From Octopus sinensis (Eukaryota): a stretch of DNA of 64,000 nucleotides. The notes beneath the pieces were generated by a model. It searched no databases and was not told where the DNA came from. It saw only the letters and a program-made list of their open reading frames with translations. Where the stretch lies: the NCBI RefSeq assembly GCF_006345805.1, contig NC_043002.1, forward strand, positions 31,496,001-31,560,000, in the 5' to 3' direction. The position numbers and the translations under genes were made by a program. Position 1 is the stretch's first letter; the number at the start of each line of letters is the position of its first letter. This document shows, piece after piece, positions 37,880-51,856 of the stretch.

Positions 37880-38088
37880 TATAACGGGAAGCTTTATGAA
37901 AATAAACAAAAGACGAAGGCAGGTGGAATACAAACAAACAATTGTATTAGTATGGCGCTCAGGAATATAAATAAAACATGTCTTTTACGTTTCGAGCCTA
38001 CGCTCTTCAACAGAAAGATACACAGAAAAGAAACACAGAGAGAAACAAGGAGAGAAAAAAATGCGTGCAGAAGCTAGCGAATCAACAT

Positions 38089-38090
<2 letters not shown>
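37880..38090 (-). mobile_element. TA-embedded non-coding module carrying a hammerhead motif (PLE-like)
   Basis: Complex sequence between (TA)-rich runs; contains 37981-38018. Confidence 0.5.
37981..38018 (-). ncRNA. Minimal type-I hammerhead motif with an A6U core variant
   Basis: UCUUU-CUGUUGA-A-GAGC GUAG GCUC-GAAA-CG-UA-AAAGA: helix I 5 bp, helix II 4 bp, loopless ACGU helix III, GUA triplet. Confidence 0.65.
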
Positions 38091-38135
<45 letters not shown>

Positions 38136-38889
38136 ATATATTTTACAAAATAGATTATTCATATAGTCTACCAGTTTCGCCGCATATGTATACATGGGCA
38201 TGAATGTTCATGTGTATGTATGTATATGTAGCTGTATTTCGGACAAGCAATGATGTCAATTGTTAGAAGTTCGGAGAGTTTCGAGCTTTGCGCTTTAAGT
38301 TCAAATACCTTTGAGCTTAAGTTTACCATCAACTCGTTAGTTAAATAAAATTACAGAAATATGGTCGGTTCCCCTTCTCTCTCTCTTTCACTTACTGTTA
38401 GACTTCCTCTGATTATATATGTCTGCCTCCATACTTAGCCTCTATCTCTTTCTCATTCTTCACACTCTTTCACTCTCTCTCACTTTCTTTCACACAGTCT
38501 CTCTCTCACACACGCTTTCTTTCACACTCTCTCTCTCTCTCTCTCTCACGCTCGGCCCAGATAAATAGGCTTGAGTGCATAGTATACGTATCCCTACACA
38601 GTTTAGAAAACGTTACTACTCACTGACGGCAATGTGATGCCCTGACACATATAGTAGTTGGATAGTTTTTGCTTTCTTTGTCAGTCACAATGATACACTC
38701 TTGCCAATTCTATCACATGTTCTGCGCATAATAGTAAGCATCATTTCATTAGAGCAGAATCATCGAGGAACTATTAGACAGCATATGGGCTGAAGGCTCA
38801 AAAGAAAAAAAAAAGAGAAATAGTACATATCCCGAAGAAACATTGTGTGTTGTGTATGTTTGTGTTTTATCTGTTTCTTCTGTTTCAAT

Positions 38890-39150
38890 CATTTATCTGT
38901 TTCAGTCATTTGACCGCGGACATGCTGGAGCACCGCCTTTAGTCGAACAAATCGACCCCAGGACTTGTTCTTTGTAAGCCTAGTACTTATTCTATCGGTG
39001 TCTTTTGCTGAACTGCTAATTTACGGTGACATAAGCACGCAGCATCGGTTGTCAAGCAATGGCGGGGGACAAACACAGATACACACAACACAAACCATAT
39101 ATGCGACGGGCTTTTTTCAGTTTCTGTCTACCAAACCACTCACAAGGCTA
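38890..39150 (-). mobile_element. SINE family S2 (5' end missing)
   Basis: ttcagtcatttgaccgcggacatgctggagcaccgcc... Confidence 0.85.
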
Positions 39151-39183
39151 TGTATATAATATATATATATATATTATATATAT

Positions 39184-39228
<45 letters not shown>

Positions 39229-39285
39229 ATATATATATATTTTTTTATATAATTATATATATATATATATATACATACATATATC

Positions 39286-39450
39286 ATAGGAGTGGCTGTG
39301 GTAAGTAATTTGCTTACGAACTACATAATTCAGGGTTCAGTCCCACTGCGTGGCACCTCGGCCAAGTGTCTTCTACTATAGCCTCGGGCCAACCAAAGCC
39401 ATGTGAGTGGATATGGCAGACGGAAACTGAAACAAGCCCGTCGTATATAT
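39286..39450 (+). mobile_element. SINE family S2, 5' half
   Basis: aggagtggctgtggtaagtaa...gcacctcggccaagtg. Confidence 0.8.
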
Positions 39451-39657
39451 ATGCATTACTAATTTTATTGAAACTTCTTCACCGTTCTCGTTCTGTTAGC
39501 GTTTCAGCGTTTCAGTCGAGTGTATTGGCATTAATGTGGTAACATCTGAAATGTTGTCGTGGTATATGTTTGGCTGATGAAGATAGATCAAGTATAGTAT
39601 GCAGGCATATCTTGAAAAATCTGAAACCGGCCCCGGTCCCACATTATCCTTTTCTAG

Positions 39658-39688
39658 GTATTTCATCTCACAGATGTTCTCCCTGGAG
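39658..39688 (+). other. Candidate coding exon (VFHLTDVLPG)
   Basis: ccttttctag| acceptor and GAG|gtaaga donor, in non-repeat DNA. Confidence 0.2.
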
Positions 39689-39855
39689 GTAAGACAATTT
39701 TTTTCAAGTTTGTTGCATCCACGCATTTTTGCTAGTACATACGCGGTGAAGCTATACATTAGCGTCGTATTATTACGTTCGCTATTTCCAGTAAATATCG
39801 GTACTTCGTTGTGCCATATATTTACTTCTATGTATATATATTATTATATCTATAA

Positions 39856-39894
<39 letters not shown>

Positions 39895-40129
39895 TATACA
39901 TACATATATATACATATATATACCACATATATATATATAACATATATATACATATATATACATATATATATATACATACATATATATACATATATATATA
40001 CACATATTCTACATATATATATTATATGCATGTATTTCTATATGTATTAACATATGTATATATATGTATATGCATGTATCTATATATGTACGTATATATG
40101 TATGTATGTATGAATGCAGACACATATAT

Positions 40130-40455
40130 GCACACAACACACCAATAACTGGTACGTTGTTTAGAAGGACGGGAGCTGTAGGTGATCCAATCAACGGAAC
40201 AACCTGCTCGTGAAATTAGCGTGCAAGAGGCTGAGCACTTTTTGTTCTCAGGAGGGATATTCAGTGTGACACACGCTGTGACAATTTTGACCATTTAAAG
40301 CACAGGTATGACTCATTTTTTTGCCAGCTGAGTAGACTAGAGAGCACATGAAATAAATTGTCTTGTTCAAGGACGCAACTCAGTGCCAGGTTTCGAACTC
40401 ATAAACTTATGATCTAGAACCGAATGTCCCTAACCTGCCAGCCACGATCCTTCAC
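40130..40455 (-). mobile_element. tRNA-derived SINE related to S3
   Basis: Reverse complement has the head gagttcgaaacctggc and ccttgaacaagac...cagctggc. Confidence 0.7.
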
Positions 40456-40989
40456 ACATGAACGTAGCACCACACGCGCGCGTGCGTTCACACACATCAC
40501 ATGTAGATGCATACACGCAGGAACACATAATTTCATACGGCTTCCGTGAATATGAATCCAAGTTTGTTACGGCTAAATATAGATAATCGTACATAAACGT
40601 ACTCAACAGTACTCAACAGTTTTAGGAAAAACACACTCACAGCGATAAGGTCTCGCAATTATACACAATGATGTTGCAGGAGGCTACCCAGCTGAGTAAC
40701 ATATCATTATATAGAACGGGCGGCTATTCACATCATCAATGCTTGCTTGTCACTGTTTTCGTACATGTGTGTGGTGATGGATTTCGTTTAAGTATACTGC
40801 CATTGGGTATACGTTATTGATAATGCCTAAGGAAGCAGAAATGCTTCAAAAGTTTTCATGAGCAGCAGGTGAGACGATTTCCATCTCTCTCGGATATATA
40901 CATTTTTTGTTTTTAAATACAGCGCGTCCGTCGTATATACTGTCTCTGGAAAAATATCGTAGTGATTTTTGCCATACAAAATATACTAT

Positions 40990-41219
40990 TTCTTTACTAC
41001 CCACAAGGGGCTAAACACACAGAGGACAAGCAAGGACAGACAAACGGATTAAATCGATTATATTGACACTAGTGCGTAACTGGACTTATTTAATCGATCC
41101 CGAAAGGATGAAAGGCAAAGTCGACCTCGGCGGAATTTGAACTCAGAACGTAACGGCAGACGAAATACGGCTACGCATTTCGCCCGGCGAGCTAACGATT
41201 CTGCCAGCTCGCCGCCTTA
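40990..41219 (-). mobile_element. SINE family S1, full length
   Basis: Reverse complement of 5102-5331. Confidence 0.9.
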
Positions 41220-41240
41220 CAAAATATACTACATTAAGAA

Positions 41241-41286
<46 letters not shown>

Positions 41287-41609
41287 TATGTATTTATATA
41301 TCATTGTATCACAGTATCGACCAGATGTTATTGTACACAACAGGTAACAACTGCGACTTGATTGCGTTTCTTTTCTATCTTGACTTGTTTGATTGAATCT
41401 TATTCCCATTGTTTTGGAAGCTTTTCATGAGGCTTTTCGGTCTCTTAAATACCATTCCACAACTGCACAGATTCACGTTTTCTCTCAAAACCTTGCAACC
41501 TGTCTGGTTCCGTGGAACTTTTGCTTTCAATACTCTGCGGTCACATCGTTCCCTCTACTACGTTCTCGAATTATCGTATTTCGACTGTGCTCTGTTATAC
41601 ATCTGTATA

Positions 41610-41662
<53 letters not shown>

Positions 41663-42204
41663 CAAATTCTGTCAGTCTAACGAGGAACCTCAAACATGTC
41701 TATAACGATGTTACGAATTCATCGACGTAGTCGTCATCATCAACATCACCACCACTACCACACCACCACCACCACCATCATCATCATTTTCATCATCACC
41801 ACCACCACGATTACCACCACCATTGTCATCATAATCATCATTATCATCATCATCATCCTCATTTTCATCATAGTCATCATTGTCCTTAACTACCAAAGAC
41901 AAAACAGAAATCTATCGCACAATCAATTATCCGAAACCTTACTACGCTTTACACCTGCCGCTGACTGTGAATGGCAAATGTCACACATGATATATAACTT
42001 ATGAGGTTTAAAGTACGATATTAAAGCACATTGGCTTCTCATCTGTCCGCTTACAAAAGATTTCAGATCGGCGCACCTAACTTCTATCATTGACTACATG
42101 ACTTCCTGTTCATAAGAAATCTGTAGCCATTATCAGTTAACAGAACTCTTCCCGAATGTTGCTTGGTACGAGCCCGGGAAAGCTCGTTCTGTAAATGCTT
42201 ATAA

Positions 42205-42248
42205 CACCACCACCACCACCAAAACAACAACCACAATAACTACACCAA

Positions 42249-42338
<90 letters not shown>

Positions 42339-42459
42339 TACTACTACTACTACTGCTGCTGCTACTACTACTACTACTGCTGCTGATGCTACTACCACTG
42401 ATGCTGCTACTACTACTATTACTACTACTACCACTACTACTACTACAACTACTAATACA

Positions 42460-42493
<34 letters not shown>

Positions 42494-42745
42494 ATAATAA
42501 TACTAATAATAATAATGATAATAATAATAATAATAATAATAACGGTGCTGGTGTTGCTACTGTTTGCTACTACAACTACTAACTTTGGTACTGCGACTAT
42601 AGCTACCGCTGTTGCTATTACTACCATTACAACTTCTACAACTACTACTACCACCACCACCACTACCACCATATTTACCACTACTTCTACTGCTACCCCA
42701 CCACCACCACCACCAGTACTACTACCACAGCCACCACTACTATGA
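42205..42745. repeat. Long compound trinucleotide tract (CCA/CTA/CTG/TAA)
   Basis: Direct reading. Confidence 0.9.
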
Positions 42746-43559
42746 TTACTGTAATAAACTGCAACAAACAAAGCTAAGATTTTTTTCGTCGAAATTTTAA
42801 AGAACAGAGATATGTGCTTTGAAATCAATTCTATGAACGAAATATTTAACAATGCAGCCATACTACTTACAAGGTAAAGCGAAAACTTCATCAGAACTAG
42901 TAATATAGAAATACCTGCACCAAAGCGAATAACATAGAAACGATGCGGACACAGAAATATGTTAAAGAAAATACAACAATAAAGAAATGCGTTTGAATCT
43001 ATATTGAAGCGAATGAAAAGAAAAGAACATATATTTAAAAATGTAATGGCACAAATACTACAGAAAATTGGCATAAGTAGAAGAGAAGTGCACCACTTCA
43101 AAGAAAACCTAAAACAAGAGACATGTTAAATTGTAAAATAATCCATAGTTATGAAAATTCTAAATTCTTTCAGCAAAGTTCAATGTTTCAGTGCAGAAAT
43201 GAAGGAATTAAAATGGAATAAGAACAGAGTTGTAAAGAAATACTGTAAATGAATATTATAAACTCAGATGAATACTTAAAACACAGCTAAATGCCAAACT
43301 ATGATGATGACAGCCGCAGCAATAAAATGAAAATCATCAAAACTGTGATGGCAATATGTTAAAGTTATATGATATTGTAACGAGAAGACGGCACAGGAAA
43401 ACATGAAAAGTTATGATATATGACTACAATGGACGTAATTAAGCATCACCACACTTACTGAACGAAATCGATAAGATAATATCCAGAATTGGCCAGTAGA
43501 ACTATTTTAAAAACTAGTAATTCTAGTTCGCCTCCAGTTTGATCTGGGCAGGAGTTGTT

Positions 43560-43864
43560 GTTTGTTCCTTCTCGAGCCACCATGCGTGGCTCATAAGGGC
43601 CAGTTTTCCGGTTTCCTTGGCGTCTAGGTTCCCCACCTGGACGGGACGCCGGTCCGTCGCAGGTGAGCTGCAAGATGCAGGAGGAAAGAGTGAGAGAAAG
43701 TTACGGCGAAAGTGTCAGCAGAAGTTCGCCATTAACTTCAGCCGGAGCCGCGTGGAGCTTAGGTATTTCGCTCATAAACACGCACATCGCACGGTCTGAG
43801 ATTCGAACCCGCGATCCCTCGACCGCAAGTCCGCTGCTCTAACCACTAGGTTATGTGCCTCCAC
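43560..43864 (-). mobile_element. tRNA-derived SINE, family S3 variant
   Basis: Head gtggaggcacataacctagtggttagagcagcggac...gggttcgaatc; 3' block shared with 3035-3287. Confidence 0.85.
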
Positions 43865-45722
43865 AAGGGATATTCATAAACCACAAAGATGACGAAACAT
43901 TGATATCCATCGCTTCTTCATGGGATTTGGGGCAAGTTATCTCGTTTGTTATTTTGTCTCTCAGCGCATTGAGCGAGTTATCTCTACCGCACTATAGGCA
44001 GCCTAACGACGAAGAGGCAAGGCGCGTATACTAGATATGCGTATTCGATAAAGTTTAGAATACTAGTGCTGCTTCTAATTTATATTTGAATCTACAACAA
44101 TATTTTGTAGAAACATAAATGGAATGTGACTATGTTTTGCTATTGAAAAACTCAAACAATATAAAACAGATGCTATCGAAACAGAACAGTTAGGTGGACA
44201 AAGGTGACAAATAAATACAATTATTTTAAAGCTGGAAGCTAAGAGGTTGATGAGATAGTAAAATGGAATACTAACATGGTCGCAAGAATAGTCATTGTAT
44301 GGCAGGTAAAAGAAACACGAAATTTTAGAAATGGTACCAGCTGTCTAAAGTAGGGTTAAAATTTGAAAATGAAGCAGAATATTACATGTGGCGTTTGTGT
44401 AGATGCAACTGTATATTTAGTTACAGAAACTTAGCTAAGACATGCTGTAATAAACACATACATACCTATACATATATATAGTTTACTGTCAGTTCCTTGA
44501 TTGGAATCAGCAAGCTAAAGTACTAAACTCAGCGAGGTCTTATTGAGAAAGATTTTATCATTTAATGAATACTTGCGTTATAAGTCAACTACTTTGAATT
44601 GCGTGCTGAATACTGCAGCAACCAAAGGATATCATCTAGCGTACAGACCATGATACAGCAAACCTTCAGATTCAGATAATATGATGATTGAGAAAGGAAA
44701 GGAGAGAAAAAAAATAGAAAACTACGCGAAGAAAAGTTTTAAGGGAAATATAAATAATTCTGTTCACAGAAACTCTAGAATATATTTCCCAAGAGAGAGA
44801 GCCGAACGAATGGAGTGTTAAACTATATTTAAACTGCGTGTTTAATGAAGTATGGGAGGAGTCTTTTACTAAAACGATCTATGTCATCTAAAGAAATTTG
44901 CGATAAGGGAGACCTCTAGTACAATAGTACTCTGGGTGACAGTGGCTTTAAAGAGAGAATATCATACATTCCAACTCAAACATAATCCAAGCCTAAAATC
45001 AAGTTATATAGTTACCCAATCACTTCTTTCTCTTTAAAAATTAGCAATAATGTAGTTAAATACCTAATTGCTCTGATAGACAGATATATATCCGGTAGCT
45101 ATATATAAGAAAATGTTCAGTAGATGCTTCGTGAAAGTTTCCTATAGATGCTTCGCTAATATATAAAATATTATTTCTCGTAAACCTACCGAGATTATCG
45201 ACACCGACAGCAACAGTAAGAATCCAGATACTTGCCCTCTAGTTCAGGCATGGACCGCTAGCTCAGTGGAAGTGAAGGTCACCTCTGTTCCGCTATATAA
45301 GGGAATCTAACGAATAAATATAGTGAGTTGTGTGAAAGTAACTTCAAAAAGAGATATGCCAACTAATCTCGTTTAAATCATATACATTAACAGGCCAAAA
45401 TATCACCAGCTCTGTATAGCTGAAACAATACATCGTTATTTGATCGTACCAAAATTATCAACCCGAAGCCAGAGAGTTTAAAACATTTCAGGCATCGTCA
45501 TAATTTTCTCTTATAGAAATGAACGCATCACCGGATTTGGTACAGAGTTTAACGAAGTTTATCTGTTTTCCCATTCGGTCATTTCAATAGCATATAGTTT
45601 TGTTAAATATGAATATTCATCACTAAAACTATTCTTCCTCAAAAGGGTTAAAGTGATATGACTACATTCTGTGAGTATAATAGTCAACTTTTCTCTTAAA
45701 ACGCTTCTTAAACTACTTCCAG

Positions 45723-45825
45723 GTTATTATTCCTCGTTTCATTTTCTTGAATTTCCTGACACGGTAACCATGGCATTGGAGGACGAACGATTGTTGGATG
45801 AAGCTAATAGTACAATAGGCCTATC
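45723..45825 (+). other. Candidate coding exon (xYYSSFHFLEFPDTVTMALEDERLLDEANSTIGL)
   Basis: ttcttaaactacttccag| acceptor, open frame, TC|gtatgt donor, inside a ~2-kb stretch with almost no simple repeats. Confidence 0.3.
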
Positions 45826-46543
45826 GTATGTTTATAAACATCCCTGATTGGATACCTAAAGAAATACGGACTCCATTTCTGACACAAGTGCGTAAGAGGC
45901 ATATGTTAATTTTATATATTGTTAATATTTCAACAATTTTTTATACCATACTGTTTATAATTGCTGCAGAAACTCAAATGGACATAACGTATTATTTATT
46001 TAACTCATTTAATAATGTGCTTGTATTTTCTCAAAGGTTGTGCATATTTTATTTTATGTAAATTTTATCTCTTTTGTGATTGTTTCAATTTGCATTTGAC
46101 TTTTGTTGAATTAATGCAAACTTTTGAGTTCTTTATTTTTTATTACATATAATAATAGATATATTGTATGCGTATTTGAAACAAATACATATGTGTGTGT
46201 GCGTGTGTGTGTGTATTATGTATGCATTTACATTCATACACAAATGCATATACGTAAATATACATACATGCATACATACATATATATTCATGTATTCATG
46301 GGTACAATTATGCGCTGAAATTGATCTTTAAAACTGCCAATTAACGCTGAAATAAACCTCACAATGTGTATTCTTGTGTATATATGCATGCAAGTATAGA
46401 CTTATAGCTATGCATATATATAATGTTCGTGTGTATATATGCACATGTAAGTATATATATATATATAATATAATTATATATATATATATATATATGTATG
46501 TATACATGTATATACACATGCACAAGTGTGATACATACGCACA

Positions 46544-46579
<36 letters not shown>

Positions 46580-47119
46580 GTATTGAAACACACATACACA
46601 TACGCACAGATATAATATTATGTATATGCAATATATATTTATACGTATATATGTGCGTATGTAAATATGTATATATCCCCTTCACCGCAAATGAAAATGA
46701 TGCGACTGCCTTCAGATTCGGTGCGGAATTCCAGATTTATGACGTGGATTGAAGATGCAATAGCCATTTGTGAAAATTATCTAATCAATATAGAAATAAA
46801 ATAAAATAAAATGAAAAAACAAACCTCCTTTAAAAAATTCTAAATAAATGTATCAATAAACCAACCCAAATCTTCGAATGAATCATAAAAATTTCTTCTT
46901 TATTTTAATGACTCAAAATGGCGTCTCAGAAATTAAAATGTTGTTAGGACTATTCCTGACTGGGAATTATACGGCGAAAATGGCAAAGAATATCATATAA
47001 ATGTTGGCATGAAAACAGTATGATTTTATCACTGATAATTTTGTATATCTTTTACCATATTTTCCAAGATCTTTTTCTATAATTATTAAATGGCGTTTAT
47101 TGCTCGGTTTGTTTGTATT

Positions 47120-47141
47120 TGTATTTATATTATTATAATTA

Positions 47142-47226
<85 letters not shown>

Positions 47227-47674
47227 GCTGTTGTTGTTGATAATGCTGTTGTTAAATTTGTTTTGATAACTGTCATGAAGGTTAATGTGGAAATGTTTGA
47301 AAATAATGTTGATTAGCAACGTAACTAAAGTTTCATGATAATCAGTGTGATTATGGTTATGGTGATTCTGATGATGATGATGAGGAGGAGGAGGAGGAGA
47401 GGAAGTCAGGGTTATTACTATTATTATTATCATCCTCATCACAATCATCATCATCATCAGCAGCAGCAGCAGTAGCAACATCAACATCACCATCATGAAT
47501 ATCATGGACATTCAGCGGTGATAAAAAACTTTAGTAGTGTTTCGTTCTGTGATATTGCTGCTAATGAGAATAGGCAAGCTATAGAATGTTTACAATGATG
47601 ATGGTGATGACCACGACAACGACGAAGACGAAGACGGCAATGATGGTGACGATGACGACGACAACGACGATGAC

Positions 47675-47720
<46 letters not shown>

Positions 47721-47745
47721 ATGGTGGTTGTGGTGATGATGATGA
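47120..47745. repeat. Compound (TTA)n/(GAT)n/(GAG)n/(CAT)n tract
   Basis: Direct reading. Confidence 0.9.
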
Positions 47746-48009
47746 AGATTCAGCAGGGACGATGTAAGTTCATTAAAACATAAGAGTTGATTTGAGGTTC
47801 TCATACAATCATTCATATAGTTTATGAATAGGCTTGATGGTGCAAACTGGAAATTAGAGATCAATACATGAGTGTTCTTTGATAAATAATCAGCAAATGT
47901 TACAGAGTGACTCAAGCGCTGAGAGTTACGTGCGCCATCATTTACCACGCCCACGGACGAAACACTCAGCCCGTTTTCTGTTTTATAAATATTAATATTA
48001 GTTTCGAAT

Positions 48010-48210
48010 TTTGGCACAAGGCCAGTAGTATCTGGAGAGGGGGTATATCGATTATGTTGACTCCAGTTTTCAACTGGTACTGATTTTATCGACCCTGAAA
48101 GGATGACAGGTGAAGTCGACCACGGTTGAATTTGAATTCGGAACGTAAAGATGGGCGGAATGCCGCTAAGCGGTTTTTCTCATCGTGCTAATCAGTCTAC
48201 CAGCTCACCT
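48010..48210 (-). mobile_element. SINE family S1 variant
   Basis: cgaccctgaaaggatg...gaatttgaattcggaacg. Confidence 0.75.
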
Positions 48211-48393
48211 TCTTCTATGATTATCAATGATAATATTTGTTCAGTTGTAACTTTGTGGCGACCTATAAAATTAAGTGCATATTTGTATTCATATGGATAT
48301 TGCATAATCGCGTGAATCTAAAAATATAAGAAGCGCTTATGTAAATCTATTTACACATATACACGCATCGTATATATATATATATATTTATAA

Positions 48394-48437
<44 letters not shown>

Positions 48438-49189
48438 TGTGTGTGTGAACAACAAGTAACGCACGGTCTACATCTGTTTCATAGGAAAGTGAAGCTTGAA
48501 GTTGTAGTAGACGCAAAACCAGTTCAACTAATCATCAGGACTCTTGCTACATCTATGTTGTTTGCATTGCCGCTTGAAAATTAGTAAATGAATTAACAAA
48601 CTGACCACAACATGAATGATTAGCCGAGGAAAGAAAAAAAGGTAGAAATAAAATTAAAATCAAATGACCAATGAAAGTACTAGTTAGTGTTATGGTCCCC
48701 GCCAAATGGAATAAGGTGGGTGTGGTTAAATAGTCATTGAGTAAAAGAAAAAAAGAGTACCAGGTAGAGTGGAAATGGGAAGTGGGTTAGATTATCAGAA
48801 ACAAAAAAAAATCATTTACTCGAAGATGTCAGCGGGATAGTGGGAGATAAAGTACAGAGAAAGTAAAGTTCTAGAGAGCTAAATTAGATAAACTATTAGG
48901 ACTCAGTGATAAAGTGTCCAAGGCCAGCTAGGGAGAAATGGAACCACCAAACAACAAGTGTGAATAAAAGATGCAAGAATATACTTATATAACTATAGGG
49001 TTGATTCTATCCATGTAATGTGTTACATTTCTGTATCTCTTCAAGTCTCTTTCTCATTCAGAAAAATATATATTCACACATATATATGCGTATACATACA
49101 TATTATATATATTATGCTACATATGGATATTGATAATAATAACGACAGTAACAACATCAACAACAACAACACTAATAATAATGGATTCA

Positions 49190-49556
49190 AATTTTGCCAC
49201 AAGGCAGTAATTTTTGAGAAGGGGATGAGTCGATTACATCGACCCTATCGTTCCCGAAAGGATGAAAGGTAAAGTCTACCTCGGCGGAATTTGAACTCAG
49301 AACGTAGCGGCAGACGAAATACCCATTTCTTTGCTACCCATAAGGGGCTAAACACAGAGGGGACAAACAAGGACAGACAAAGGGAGTAAGTCGATTACAT
49401 CGACCCCAGTACGTAACTAGTACTTATTTAATCGACCCCGAAAGGATGAAAGGCAAAGTCGACCTCGGCAGAATTTGAACTCAGAACGTAGCGACAGAGG
49501 AAATACCGCTATGCATTTCGCCCGGTGTGCTAACATTGATGCCAGCTCGCCGCCTT
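49190..49556 (-). mobile_element. Two tandem S1 SINEs (49190-49325 partial, 49326-49556 full)
   Basis: Repeated aaaggatgaaagg...ctcggcggaatttgaactcagaacg. Confidence 0.85.
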
Positions 49557-50311
49557 CAACGGGCAAAATACTGCTAAGCATTTTATCCGGCGTGCTAACG
49601 ATTCTGCCAAAAGCAAGCACATGTCATAGTATAAATAATTCATCAAGATTTTCTGTGTATGTATTTCTCACACTATAATTTTATTCCATTAGATTTTTAT
49701 TTTTACAAATACAATGTTAATTAGCTGTATTAGTGTCTCATTGATGTCCGCACTAGTCATGGAGGCAACATTATCTTCATTGCTACACGTAGCTGTGATT
49801 TTAGTCTATGATAGTTAGGTCAACAGACAGCTAATCAATTGACATTCTAAAATAACATGCAATATTTTCCCTCACCAGGCCTTCTCACTAACTTCTCTTT
49901 TCGATAGAAGCATATAAATTACATACAACAAACTAAACAACCAAACAATGATAGTTTATGCAAAGGAAAATCCGCTTGAAAAACACTAAATAATCAAACG
50001 GTATTGTATACAACATGAAGATTCACCGCGAATAACTGAGAAATAAAATGACACGGTGAGACAGAATGCAATTGGAAATAACAAGAATATTGTTCGATTT
50101 GACGTAAAGGTGGCGTGGCAGTAAATAGAAAGAAAGAAATCTTGAATGAATTAAGGTTTCTGAATAAAGGAATAAGGATATACGCACACACTCACAGACA
50201 CAGACATAGACACAGACACACACACACACATATTATATATATATATATATATGTTTACATAAATATATATGCATGTATATATATATATATATGTATATGT
50301 ATGTCTGTCTG

Positions 50312-50369
<58 letters not shown>

Positions 50370-51105
50370 CACACACACATATATATACACGTATTTATGT
50401 ATATATATATATTGTGTGTGTTATACATATATACATATATAAAAGTTTACATATATGTATAAATATGTATATCATGTATATAAATATATATAAATATACA
50501 TATATATACATGTAAGTATATAAATATGTGTATGTCTGTGTATATATACATGTATGTATATATGCGTATAATATATCTTTATTATTTCACTCATATCTTT
50601 GCGTATGTGTGTGTAAGTGTGTGTGTGTGTGCATGTGTGTTTATGTGTGTATGCATAGACAAATTGTGCCTATATAACTGTGTATTAGCGAAACCAGCGG
50701 AAGGAGGCGGGGATTGTGCATTTGATATGAATCAAATGGGAGGAGAAAGAAATGCAATACAAAATGAAGTAGATAAAAAAAGATGGAAAGGGAATAAACG
50801 AGGAGAGAGGCCTACAGGGAGGAAAATGTAGATGATAATGAAAAGGAAAATGAAGAAATAAATGAATAAGAGAACACAAGAACAATAAACAATAAGATTA
50901 GGAATAATAAAAGATAAAAATGCAAATACATTCGAAAGAAATACGAAAACAAACAAGGAATGTTGAATAATGATAATAACAATAATAATAATAATGATAA
51001 TAATAATAATAATAATAATAATATAATAATAATAATAATATATAAGACAGAGAAAAATACAAAAAACATGATGATCAAAAAGAACATAGCAACATGAAAA
51101 AAGTA

Positions 51106-51139
<34 letters not shown>

Positions 51140-51350
51140 TAATATAATAATAATAATAATAAAAAATAGTAAATTTGAAAGCAAATGTCTTACTTAATGT
51201 TAACAAACATTCCTATCACACTCTAAACCTACGAATCTTTCTTTAGTGAAACATTTTCTTCACCTTTCACCAAATCTTCTCATGAAGCAGAGGCTTCGTT
51301 TTGTTTTAGCTCCTTATTATTGTCCTAGTTTATTATTATTATTATTAGTA

Positions 51351-51390
<40 letters not shown>

Positions 51391-51543
51391 GTTATTATTA
51401 TATGTATTTTTATTAAAAGATGCAAAGTTTCTTTTACGCTTCTTTCATTCATACCATATGCTTGCACATATATACATACATATATATATATATAAATATT
51501 ATATATATATATATAATATATTATATATATAATATATATATAT

Positions 51544-51587
<44 letters not shown>

Positions 51588-51593
51588 GCACAA

Positions 51594-51642
<49 letters not shown>

Positions 51643-51772
51643 TATATATATACTCTCATTTACATGCACATATACTCACATGTTTGTTATATATCATATA
51701 TATAATATATATGTGTAATATCTATATATATATACATATAAATATATACATAATACATACTATATATATATA

Positions 51773-51804
<32 letters not shown>

Positions 51805-51816
51805 TTATTATATATA

Positions 51817-51856
<40 letters not shown>

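Noticed and set aside
42199-43101. 300-aa minus-strand ORF
   Set aside because: Its length comes from the compound trinucleotide tract; the flanking part shows no recognisable domain.
43780-43864. tRNA gene (also other SINE heads)
   Set aside because: A/B-box-like head continues directly into a SINE body; no complete cloverleaf or terminator.
46680-48000. Exon candidates at ~46.7 kb and ~47.9 kb, and an AP-1/KLF motif cluster at 47.9 kb
   Set aside because: Phases are incompatible or frames contain stops, and single motifs are expected by chance.
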